NCBI GenBank assembly: GCA_051294375.1 | Contig: CM119265.1 | Location: forward strand, 11,533,818 to 11,597,817 | Reading direction: 5' to 3' | Origin: Paraspadella gotoi | Taxonomy: Eukaryota; Animalia; Chaetognatha | DNA: 64,000 nt | Shown here: one piece after another, positions 24,755 to 37,400 of the stretch | How the letters are laid out: each line of letters starts with the position of its first letter | Position numbering within the stretch: the first letter of the stretch is position 1 | Position numbers and translations under genes: made by a program | The notes under the pieces: model-generated | What the model was told of the DNA's origin: nothing | Database searches by the model: none | What the model saw: only the letters and a program-made list of their open reading frames with translations

Positions 24755-27700
24755 CTACCACATTTCGCACTTGTCGGCCGGGTTCATCCGCGACCCGACG
24801 GGACACTGAAATGCCCTGGAAAATTCTGGAGAATTCATTAAAAACCCATTGACCCGCTGTTGATCAGGGGTGTGCTTCCCGTGAGCGATCCGCTCCAACA
24901 AGCTCCACGGGCGGTGAAGGCTGCAAGATATCTGAGCTGAGGACAAAAAGAAAAGCTGATTTCGGTCGAAGGCAATACCCGGCAGCAAGGGCTCCTGGAC
25001 GCCCCGAGTCTCGGCCCACTTCCGGTACGCGGCATAGGCAACTTTGACGCCCACACGATCCGCCACGTTTTCCGTGAGAGTGTAATTCCCGTCGAGAGGG
25101 TAGGACTTCCCAAAAGCAGGAATGAAGACCTTTTTCGCCGAGTACTGATCCGCGAAGCAGCGAGACTTAAGGTGAAAAAAGGCGGCGTCGGAGGGCGACC
25201 ACCAGGGGCGTAGGTTGCCGTCCTTGTCGTACCGGCCGCCGTCGTTGTCGAAACCGTGAGCGATCTCGTGGCCTATCACCTTTTAAATAAAAAAAAATTT
25301 ATTCCTCAAACAATAATGTGAGGCGAATTACCACCGGTCTCTCTCTCTAAACCCTTCCTCTCTCCTCTTTCTCCGTGCCGGTCAATCCACACGGTCACTT
25401 TGCCCAAGCTTTGGTAATGACCTTAGATTGACCGGACCCAGTAATAGGGTCGAGGTCAAGTTGGTCCGGGCAATGATAAGAGTGAATCAGGAGAGAGCTC
25501 GTCTCACTTCTTTTCTACTTCTATGACATCGTCACAATCCCTCACCTTTTTTCCTACCTTTATTTTCTCGTATTTTCGTCCTCTACAAATGATTATAAAG
25601 TAGAAACAAACTACCGCTGTGATTTTTTTTCTCATAAAAACTAACCTTGCCAACGCCGCCAAAGTTAAGGTAATTCGGGAGCTGAGGATCGAAGTAAGGA
25701 TCATTGAGGATGGCGGCCATGATGCTAAACTGGTTCCTCGTCGGCGAATAATAGGCGTTAATTTGGTAGGGCATTCGCGGCCAAACCCTCTTCGACGGCT
25801 TCCTGGCCAACAACGAAAACTGCGACACCTTTCTAAGCACCCGCGCGTCTATCATGTTCTTGAAGAACTTTTCGGGTCGCACGGGAACCGAGCGAGTCAG
25901 CCGGTCTACGAGTGTGTCGTTGAGTAGGTAGAGCGGGTAGGCCACCTTGTGAGTCATGGCGCGCGCCTTTTCCTCGGCGTACGATCGGGCGAAAGAAGAC
26001 ATCCAGTTGACGCGACGAAGGTTGTCGACGAATGCGTCGCGGACGACGTCGACGAGTCGTTCGGCCTGTTCTTTGACATCGGGACCCACCTTCGCTTTGA
26101 CGTACATGGAGGCGAGAACTTGTCCGAGGAGGTACTTGGAGTAAGAGACGCACTTCCGGGATCTCGATATCTGAGGAGTCGGCCCAGCGAAGTGCAATTT
26201 CTCGCGGGCATCTCGCATCCTCTGCGGCAGCAACGGCGCGATTTCCAACAACAGCTCTGTCATCAAAAAGTCGTTGAGCGTGTCTTCCTCTCGAGTCCAA
26301 AACTTCAGGAAGCTGTTGGCTCGCATGAGGTATTTTGGCGAGCTGATGTACACCTTGGTCTCGGGAGACATGAAGTAATTAAAAGGCATGAAGCTGCTAA
26401 GTAGCCTGATCCAATCCAGCGCCGGCATGAATTTGGTCTGGAGGTCATCGATGGTATAGCGATGCCAGAAGGACTCGTCGGCCGCATCGCGCAATGCCGC
26501 CATCTCAACGCTCTTTGGCGTTGGCTGAATGAGCAGCCGCATTCGGTTGGCGTCCACGTAGCGGCACGCCTTCTCCCTCGCCACGGGTACTCCGGCAAAG
26601 ACGGTAAAAATCTCTCGGTAACGGTCGCAGAATACATTGTAAAAGGCGACGGCTTCGGCGCCGTTGCCACCGCGGAGCAGCGCCGGCGGTAGCGAGGGCA
26701 GCTTCCAGGGATCCCAAGGTCGGATCTGCAGAGCGTGATGTAATGAGTCGCGTGGGTCGACGATGACACTGAGGTCGAACAGCGGGAAGACGCCGAGGAG
26801 AATGAGATTGGAGGCGACTGAGGTCAAGTCGAAGGACGACGACGACGAATCGCGACGGACTTTGGGTTTTGCGGCGGCGGAGAGAAGAGCGAAAGGACGA
26901 AAATCGGTGGCGCTGGCGGCGGATCGAGGAGATCGCGATTCAAATTCTAAATCCGGAACGGCGTCCACGACATCGACGGAATCGCGCCATTTCCAACCGC
27001 GCGACATTTGACGGCGTCGATCGGCTTCTTCGTCTCGAAATCCCAGCCACTGATCTTCCTCCAGATCTCCTCCGCCACCTCTCAGCCTCAACGAATCCGC
27101 AAAACGGAAATCGTCGGCCAGCAGCAGTGGGTCTTCGACCTCCCTTTCGAAGGTCGACGCGGCGGCGGCGCGGAGCTGATGAAATTGGCGTCGCCACAAC
27201 ACCCTTGGATCAGATCCGTCGGCTCCGTAGTGAAAGGGTTGGGCGCGAGGGCGAGTAGGGTCATCAGAATCATCAGAATCACGGCGTCCCCAGTCGCCCG
27301 TCAGGTTCATTCCGCCTACTTTCCGGATTAACTCTCTGCCCAGCGCCATGCCCTTTTCCTCGATCGCAGCCTCATCCATGCACGACCGGTAGAAGGTCTT
27401 GGCCTTGGACACGTGCAATGGGTCTGAAGCGGAAAATGCGGCGCTTAAAGTGTCGGCAAAAAACCTCTCCGTTTCGCGTTCCACGTGCGAAAATGCGTTG
27501 ACGTGATCCCGTCCTTCTGGGACGCGCGCTTTGTCGCGCCAACCGCCGCAAGCAAATTCGTAAAAATCCTGGCAGGGGTCAGCAGAGGTATTGATGGCGC
27601 TAACGATACGTGCAGCGGTTCGGATGCAGGGCGGCGTAGAGCAAACGTCCGGTAATCGTATGTCGTCGGGGCTACTGCGAGGACGCTGCGAAGTCGCGGC

Positions 27701-28105
27701 GGCCCGTTTGACCGTCGTCGATCGCGGGTTCTTCGTGACGTCGCTCTCGCAGATCGGCGCCACTGGGACGCCAGAGTAGGCGGCATCAGCGTCGCCGTAA
27801 AGAAGGAATCGGCCGATGGCGTCGAAGACCGGAATGCGCAGGTGGCGCTGACCGTGAAGATACATGGCGACCCCGAAAAATGCGCCCAGGAGAATTAGAA
27901 TGACCATGGACCAGACCAGCGTGAGTTGGCACCCGGTGGCGCGGCGCTTGCGCGGAAAGAGACTGACGTTGCTGGAGGTTTCGTGACGAGAGGAAGGCGT
28001 GGCGGAGGCGGAACGAGATGTTGCGGCCATCGCGTCAGAGCGTTGAGCACGTCGATCGGCCAGAAGAAAGTTTCCTCGCAAAACGCGATCGAGCGGAGGA
28101 TGCAT
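24755..28105 (-). CDS. Neprilysin / endothelin-converting-enzyme family (M13) type II membrane zinc metallopeptidase, ~994 aa
   Basis: Two exons, 28105-25646 and 25279-24755 (phase 0). Motifs: N-terminal TM helix, CSTPPC..DPCQDFYEFACGGW, INAYY, GHEIAHGFD (HExxH), ENVAD (third Zn ligand) and C-terminal CEMW. Confidence 0.93.
25317..25508. mobile_element. ~190-bp inverted-repeat-bounded structured insert in the M13 intron (solo LTR or MITE-like)
   Basis: Termini TGTGAGGCGA / TCGTCTCACT; internal 10-bp stem CCGGTCAATC/GATTGACCGG. No TSD found. Confidence 0.4.
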
Positions 28106-28487
28106 CGAGATATTTTACTTATTTTAGTAATCTTATGATTTTTTTTCCCTTTTTAGTCTTTGTGCCTCATTTAAATATCCTTTGTGATTCGGAAATTTTA
28201 AAAACTCGAATCCAGAAAGCGTGGATAGTTAAACTTCGATGTCATTCCCGCCAGAAAACGCTTTTAGGTCTGCAAAAGCGTCGACGGCGACTCGCAACTA
28301 CCCCCCTTTGGCAACAAAGAAACAATGAGATCAGTAAAATCAATTATCAAAAATAACGGAAAAGTAGTCGTACTCTCCGTTTGCCAAGGCAATTAATAAT
28401 TTAATAAAGAAGGAATGCTTAACAATATAAAAAACTAAAAAAATCAAAAACTAAACATAAAAAAGGAAAAAAAAGAAGATTGTCAAT

Positions 28488-31400
28488 TCAGACATTTTCG
28501 AGTTTTTCCAACTCGTCCATGTCCTGAGCGTTGAGCGGCTCGATCGCCCGACCGAAGTGAGACTCGATCTTCTTAATGTTTACAATGTCTCGGTTCCCTT
28601 CCACCATTGTAATGGCGATTCCCCTCTTGCCGAATCTTCGAGAGAAAATAAATCAAAATAATGAGATAGTGAAACCGTGTTGCTCGCTTCCCATCGCCCC
28701 ACCCGCTATCCTTCACCTGCCCGTCCGGCCGATCCGGTGCAAGTAGGTATCGTAATCCGGTTCTCCCGTTCCGCTGACGGTGGGCAGGTCGAAGTTAACG
28801 ACGACGGTGACCTGCGCCACGTCGATCCCGCGAGCGCTCACATTCGTCGAGATGAGAATCTTCTCGTTGCCTCTGGAGGTGTGAGAAAAAGAGAAGAGTG
28901 AGAGATGATAATGACGAAAGTCTGTATTTAAATGATTATCAACCTGCGAAATCTGTTGATTATAACAGCTCTTTGTTCGATGTCCAATTCTCCTGACAAG
29001 AGGCCGACGAGATGCCCCTCCTGCCGCAACTTTACCGCCAGCCTTATTAAAGAATACGTTAATAATGAATTAAAGATATCGCCAAGACAACATCGAATGA
29101 TTAAACGGCGAGATTAAACGGAATCGAATCAATAAAAATAACTCTCTCGCTTGAAAAGATCGTCGCCACGTGACCAATCAGCTTACAAGTTGATTCTCAC
29201 TCGCGTTCAATTCACAAATAATTGTTTTTTTCGAAATCTCGTCCGTTTTCTCTGTTGACACAAATAAAATAAAAATAAAAATCAAGAGACGACTGATCTT
29301 CGACCTACCAGTTGGCATCTTTCCGCGTCCGACAAAAAATGATGGCCTGCCCGATAGTGATGGTCCCGTAAATATTAACGAGCGCCTCGAATTTGTCTTC
29401 GATAGCGTGACAGGCTATGTAAAAAGCCTTGATGTTGTCGAGACTCTCCTCTTCCCGCAGAAGGCGGATGATGACGGGGTTGGGGACGATTTTCTCCGCG
29501 AAAGATATTACGTCTAGACGGAGGATTATTTTTCTTTTTCATACCATAAACCCATTCATTTAACTTTAATAAAAATAATCTATAAAAATCTTAAAAGTAT
29601 AGCGATCTCGCCAGACGTTAATATCAAAGAAAATTAATAAAAGAATAAAAAAAAACTTAAAAGCATAAGGATCGTCGCATTTAGAGTTCCGATAACCGTT
29701 AACAGTTAACGGTTATTAACGGTTAAAAATAATTGTAACTTAACCGTTAATATATTTAGTTATTAATTAATAAATATTTTTTTCAATTTTATTAAAGTAA
29801 AGTATATCATTATTGAAAGATAGTTTTAGTTAGCCTTAATGTCTTTTCAAAGATTTATTCCTTCTATTGTTCATTTTTTAAATGTATTTTAATAAATTTT
29901 TTTAAAAAATTTATTCGGTTTTATTTTATTTACTTCTTTGTTCATTTTAAAAAGGGAAAGAAAAAGTAAGAAAAAGGAAAATTATAAAGATTATTTATTT
30001 TTTTATTAGCAATATAGAATAATATTGCATGTAAGAATTTTATTTGCAAGAAAATATATGCAGATGCATATTTCTTTGATGTAAATGTATAAAATTAACT
30101 GAAAGGAAAAACGAAAACAATTAGGAGAAAGTAGGTAAAAAAATTCTGAAAGGGCCAAAAAAAACGATAAGAGATTAGGATAGAAAAAAGATTAAAAGGG
30201 TTGAAAATAACAAAGGAAAAAAAAGGGAAAAAATGTAGAAGAGATGGGGGAAAATTATAGTGAGAAAGGGAGAGGAGAATAAGAGAAGACAGAAAAAAAA
30301 ACTTTTCTCTTAAAAAATCAAAGTTTTCCTAACAAAAAATAACAAAAATCATACTTGAAAATTAACCGAATTTAACCGTTAAAATAAATAAATTAACGGT
30401 CAAGTTAAAATTATTTTTAACCGTTAATAACCGTTAACTGTTAACGGTTATCGGAACTCTAGTAAAGACTAAAGTGAAATAAAATGAAATGAAGTAAAGT
30501 AAAATAATAAAGTAATAAATATATATTGAAAAAATCTTAAAAGCATAAGGATCGTCGCAATAGCATAAGAAAAATCTGGATTGACGACAAATTTTGATAC
30601 TAAAAAAAAGAAAATTTGAGAAAAAAAAATTAAATTATAAACAAAGAAAAAAAAATAAAAAAAAATAATAAAGTACAGAAGAAAATTAAAGTTACAGTTT
30701 CTGAAAAATAGCAAAATAATAACATGAATAATAACATGAATAATAATAACATAAAAAAATATTATTCTGATTGATAATTAGAATATTTAAGAAAAAAAAT
30801 CCACGAAAATCTCGGATGTAAATTTGGGAATAAATGGTGATAATAAAAGTTTTTAGAGGGAAAAAATTATTTAGAGAGAGAAAGAGAAAGAGAGAGAGAG
30901 AGAAAGAAATAAATCAAAAGGCAGCAGCAGAAGCAGCAGTTGAAAAGAGAGAAAAAGAACAATATAAAAGACCTCAATGATGAGAAGCCATATCTAAATT
31001 TTCAGCTTCCTATGGTTACTAAGGCGGGTCAAAATTGAACACTTTTAATTCTCTCAAAAAAATTCCTTTTTTCCTTCTATTACTAAATCGATTTTCAATG
31101 TAACTTTTTGAATTAGTTCATTGGGTTGTTGCACTGAAGCTTTTAAATATTTATTAATATATAACAAATGACAAAAATTTTTTTTTTGAAAATTAGTTTT
31201 TAAGAACGGATTCCTATAGAGCTTGAAAAGTTAAATGAAAGTTAGTACTACAATTTTTAAAAATTTTGACAAGAAATTGGTTAAAAACAGAAAAAACGTT
31301 AAAAAATCATCATCATCATCATCATTGGCTGAATTTTATAGTTTTTTAAAATTTTTATCAATAAAACAAAAAAATTTTAAAATTTTGTATTAATAACCTT

Positions 31401-34400
31401 CATCTAACTTTTAAAGCTCTATCAGAATCCATTAAAAAAAATTGAAAAATTCAAAAAAAATTTTTAACTTTATATAGTAATAAAATAATCTTTAAATGCT
31501 TCCGTGCGCTTATTAATAAGATAATTTTTTAAAATTATTTTTATTTTCATATTCTCTAACAGTCACTTTATCATTATTTATTTGAGAGAACTTCTAGTTT
31601 TCAACCTGTTCCGGCCTAATGGTTACACACTTGAGCTATTTTCAATGTTAAAACAGCGTGACGACGACGGTCAAAAGAAGTAGAAACGAATTAACATCTC
31701 GCACAAGACTAAGTCGGTCATTCGCCCATCTGGCAAGATAAAAAATACCTTGATGGTAGGTGGCGGAGAAGAGCATCTGCAAGCAGCTTTCCTTCTCAAG
31801 CAGCCGATGAATCCTGACACTCTGATCCTGGTGACCTTGAGTGGCGATCATTACGTCGGCCTCGTCCAAAACAAAAACCTGTAATTGATATGTGATTTTA
31901 AAATACACGGTGACAATTTTACAAGCTCCGTTAGAAATACGCTGTCATTTGCAAACCAGTGGTTATTTTATTGATTTTAAAAATTAGTTGAGTAGAAAAT
32001 ATTTAAGTCATTTATGTGTTCAAATTTTATATTGATCAGTTAAGATATGCCTTGACAATGAGTGGAGAAAGTTGGCTTGTAAAATCGGGTTTCATTTTCC
32101 AAATAACTTTTTTTAGATTCAATTTTTTTTTCTTACTTTCAGTAAGTTTTCTGAAGAAATTTAAAATAAAATAATATTAATATTATTATCTTCTGAAAGC
32201 CCTTTCAAATCTAAAGAGAATGACATACTTACAAATACTGTAGTATCAAATTTAACCGGCCCAGCTTTAATTTAATTAGGATACTCAAAAACAAGACATC
32301 TTTCCAAAAATCAATAGCTGCAGGGTAAATTTATCAAATTGTGATTGGCTATCTTAAATCTTTTTTTTTTCAGGCTTTTTCATGATACTTATATAAATAA
32401 TAATATTTTATATTATAATAATTTAAACAGGTCACATATTTTAAAAAAAGATTTAAAATTTTAGATAATTAACTTTTGACTCTCTTAATTGAACCAAGGC
32501 TGGGCAGCTTAATTTTTATGTTAGAGCTTTCGTAAGTATATCATTCTCTTCATTTTTTTAAGGGGTTTCTGAGGATATTAATATTGTTAATATATTAATA
32601 AATACTTTGTTTAAAAAAGTTATAAAAGTTGAAAAAAAAAAATTTACAAAACAGTGAGTTGGAAAATGAAACCCGATTTTACAAGCCAACTTTCTCTACT
32701 CATTGTCAAGACATATCTTAACTGATCAATATAAAATTCGAACACATAAATGACTTTAATATATTCTACTCAACTAATTTTTAAAATCAATGAAATAACC
32801 ACTGGTTTGCAAAGGACAGCGTTTTTTTACCGGCGCTTGTAAAATTGTCACCATGTAAATTAAAGTTTTATCGAATAAATTTATCTTCTAACACGACGCG
32901 CCTTGATTTTTTGGGGGTCAAAAAACTTGAGGCTCCTCGCCCAATCAAGTGTAGTGCCGGGAGTGCCAATCACCACGTGTTGGGTCAACTTGGACCCGCG
33001 GGGGAGAAAATTTCCGCGGATGGCGTAAGCGACTTGTAGTCCTGAAATGAATCGGGCCATGTTCTCGATCACCTTTCCCGTCTGAAAAAAAAAAGGAAAA
33101 ATCTTAAAAGCATAAAGATGGTTCCAATCGCATAAGAAAAATCTGGATTGACAAATTTTGATACTAAAAAAAATAAAATTTGAGAAAATAAAATTAATTT
33201 ATAAACAGAAAGAAAAATTATATTTTGCGATTGTCAATTAAAAAAATAATAAAGTACCGAGGAAAATTAAAGTTACAGTTTCTGAAACGAATTAGATATG
33301 TCGCTTCGTGAAGAAAAAAAATTCGAGCGATCAAAATTTTTTTCCGTTTTTTTTTTTTGGTTCATGACGAAAGTTTCACCAGTAGCGCTTTAAATACTAG
33401 CAAAATACGAATGGTTTTTGATAGTACATGGTTTTTAGTATCTAAAATCGGTGAAACAACATAAATCCATAAATAGTTTAGTAGTATTTAAAGCCATTTA
33501 AAACGATTACTCCGCGAGCGGTTTTCCTTTGACTTGTCGTTTTTTCGTATTTTACTGTAAATACTAAGGAATATTTTTAAATTTATTACAAGTTTCCTAC
33601 TCTCAGACAATCGTTGAACTCATTTCTAATGCAAAAAAGACTATAAATAATGGCCCTGGTACAATATTAAGCATTTTAAAACCGGTCCTCTACTCAAAAA
33701 TGTCCGTTCATTGCTATATTTTACAATATTTCCTAGGTATATTCCTTTGCAGGAACAAAGAAAATCGGTAAAGGTCTTGATATGAAACAAAGCCAGTAAA
33801 ACATAATACTACATTTAAGAATTTATGTCAAGTTTAACTGTCCCTCGTCTAGCGCTGGTACTAAAAAGAGAACTCGTCACAATACATATATTTAGTTTAG
33901 TGTCTTGCCAATATTTTAATTAGCCTCCAATTTAGTAATTATCGTTCTTTCAAATTTTGTCTCTCTTAATTCTGTAAGTTCCAAAGTTTAATATTTCATA
34001 GATTTCCAGGAACTCGGCGCCTATTTTGTAAACATTTTGTCTAAGTAGAATAAACAAAGGAAGAGAGACGAGAGGGAGGCCGAGATTTTAGTGCATTCCA
34101 TTTTAAGATCCCAAAGGATTAAGAACCGTTTTTATTTCTCCTGTAACTTTAAGTAAATTTCAACTCTCTCAAACTACAATCATTTCAGGTAACTTCGAAA
34201 ACAGACAAGTCAAACATGTACCACCTCGCTCTCTATATAACATCTTTGAGGGTCACAGGTCATGTTACCGACACTAAGCTATTTTGCTTGTTAAAATTAT
34301 CTCATTAAAAAGTCCTAAACCAACTTTTATTAGAGGCTTTAATTTGCACCTGAAGATAACGTTAACTTACCATTATTATTTGACATCTGGATAGTTCAGT

Positions 34401-37400
34401 GTCTGAACTTTCCAAATCTGGGGGAACAAAGGCGTAGATTTCGTGGTTTCATCGTGAAATTTATTATTTTATGGAGCTGGTCGGCATAAATTGCGCTTAT
34501 TTTCGCTACTCGTCGCTCCTCGTCGCTCTCGAAATTTTTACACCGCCTAATCATCTAATGCACGATCAAAACCAAATTTCGCACTCCTTCGCAGTTCGTG
34601 GCCGCACTGCGCGCTGAGGTCGAATCCCTGACGATTGACCATCTCAGCGCGATCCTGGCCGAGGTCCTCCCAGCCCATGTGGTCGGAAGGGTAGTCAGCG
34701 ATGGGGACGAGACGCCGGAAGCGATCGCCAAGAAGGCAGACGCATTTTACTCTGCCCATGGTGATCTTCAGATCACCTCAAAACCCATTGGAAAAGTCGT
34801 CAGTCATGTTGAAACCTCCAATCGATGGGGCATCTTTGAGGACGACCTTTCCGACTCAGAGTGCGATGAGTATGCGCCCGACTTGGCGGATGATGCATCT
34901 ACCACAGAGGATGTGCCTCCACGCACGTACGCCAGCGTGTGCCGCGACTTCCGGACGTGGCCAACTATGCCCCAGGACACAGGTCCGACCTGGCTACCGA
35001 AGACCAGCGACAACACAGCAGCGCCGTTTCCCCAACAACAGCAACAGCACACCAGTTGCAAACTCTTTCAACTCCTCTCCTGATTTCATCAATGGACTTT
35101 GTTTCTATCATCGGACATTTGGAGACCGAGCAATCAAATGCTACCCAGGATGCAAGCGGGGAAACGGTCGAGCCAGCAGCCGGAGGCAGTAAACGCCGTT
35201 GCTGGTAGTACAGAACCCTTACTGCACGTGTACGACAACAACAACAACTTGACATGGCTTGTGGACGGTGGTGCAAGCGTCACTTTGATGGCACCTTCGC
35301 CATCAAAAAAGCTCCGTGGTGGCTCTGCGCCTCAACTTTATGCTGCAAACGGGTCTCCAATCTCTTCCTACGGCACCAAACAAATCACTATCAGACTAGG
35401 AAGACGCACATACTCACTAACAACCGTACTCGCTGGCGTTACGACCCCTATTCTTGGAGCTGATTTTCTGATGGAGCATCATTTAGCCGCCGACCACAAG
35501 CTCGGCCTACTCGTTGATCTTGATTTTTCAACAATCGCTGGCAAATCTTACCTGGACAGGCCTTTCAGAGTCAATACAGTCAATAATGCCTATTTCAAAT
35601 TGATTGACGAACGCCCAGAACTCACACAACTCAGATTTGAGCCTTCGAAGACCAAGCACGGTGTAGAACACCACATTCCAACCAAGGGTCTGCCTGTCCA
35701 CTCCCAAGCACGCCGACTTGCACCTGGACAAACTCCAAAGCAGCCAAAGAAGAATTTGCAAAAATGGAGAAGCTGGGCATTATACGGAAGAGCAAGAGTG
35801 CTTGGGCATCACCACTACATGTGGTTAAAAAACCTGACGGCTCACTTAGATGTTGCGGCGACTACAGGCGCCTCAACGCAGTCACAAAAGACAACCGCTA
35901 CCCCATCAAAAATTTGATGGATTTCAACGCACATGTCGCAGGCAAAACAATTTTTTCAAAAGTAGACCTTTGTAAAGGCTACCATCAAGTACTGTAGCAG
36001 AGCAGGATATTTGCAAAACAGCCGTCATCACTCCCTTTGGCTCTTGGGAATTCCCGTTCACCCCATTTGGTCTCAAGAATGCAGGGCCTGATTTTCAAAG
36101 GATGATGGACGAAGCCCTCAAAGATGTACCACACATCTTTGTATATCTAGATGACATCCTGGTCGCCTCAAGCAACGAGAAAGAACACATGCAAGATCTC
36201 ACTACTGTTTGACACGCTGCAAGCAAATGGTTTAGTAGTGAACAGGGCAAAATGCGTACTGGGCGTACCATCACTCGACTTTTCTCGCGTTACCAGGTAG
36301 ACGCAACAGGCGTCAGGCCATTGGACACAAAAGTCGAACACATCAAGCAATTCTCCCAGCCAACATCAGTCAAAGAGGTTCAAAGATACTTGGCATGCTC
36401 AAATACTACTGGCGTTTCATTCCACACATTGCCGAAGTCCTTACACAATTATACCAAGCCTTAAAAGGCAACCCCCGAGTCCTTAAATGGACCGAGGATA
36501 TGACTCAAGCCTTCAACAAGTCGAAGAAGCTCTAGCAAACGCAACTATGCTTTTCCACCCTGTGGACGGGCACCTCTGGCCCTGACCGTCGATGCGTCAC
36601 TGACGGCCATCGGCGGCATCCTGGAGCAGAAGATTGGTGGTCAATGGCAACCCTTAGGCTTTTTCTCAGCCCCGCTAGCTCAGAACCAGACAAAATGGCC
36701 ACCTTTCGACGGGAACTCCTTGCGCACCACCGCTCAGTCCGGGCACTTCAGGCCCTTCCTGGAAGGGCGCTACTTCGTTCTGTTTCTCTGACCAGAACAG
36801 CCTAGTTCCCGCCATACGCAAGAAATCTGAGGCCACACTCAATGCGTCAAACATATTAATTATCTGCCATCTCCAAATACACAACAGACATTTGATACAT
36901 TGAGGGCAAGGCCAACGTGGTAGCGGACACACTATCAAGAATCATCAGCCCAGCAAGCAGTGGCCCAGAACCTGAGGATCATCAGGACCTTCAGAAATGC
37001 CCTCTTTGGTCGCAACGGTCAACGCAGTTGGCCCCCAAGCGGTCGATTTTGCCGCTTTAGCCGGTGACCAGAGTTCTGACGAGGAGATCCAGCGACTCCG
37101 TGCGGACGCCCACACCAGGCCTGGCGATTCAAGATAGTTCTTGCCTGAACGACTTTGACATCTGTGATGTCAGTTCAGGCACGGCGCGCCCTTGGTTCCA
37201 CAACTTGGCGCCGTCGAGTTTATGATGCCATCCACAACCTAGCTCAGGGCTCAGGCTTGCCTTGACTGCCAGCGCAGCAAGGTACAACGACCACACCCAG
37301 GCTCCACTACAACCTTTCGAAGCACCATCGAGGCGTTTCGAACACATTCACATTGACTTGGTGGGTCCTTTGCCCACCTCAGGCGGTTACACGTACCTGT

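Noticed and set aside
22600-27779. Plus-strand ORFs overlapping PARL and the M13 gene
   Set aside because: Antisense shadows of GC-rich exons with no recognisable motifs.
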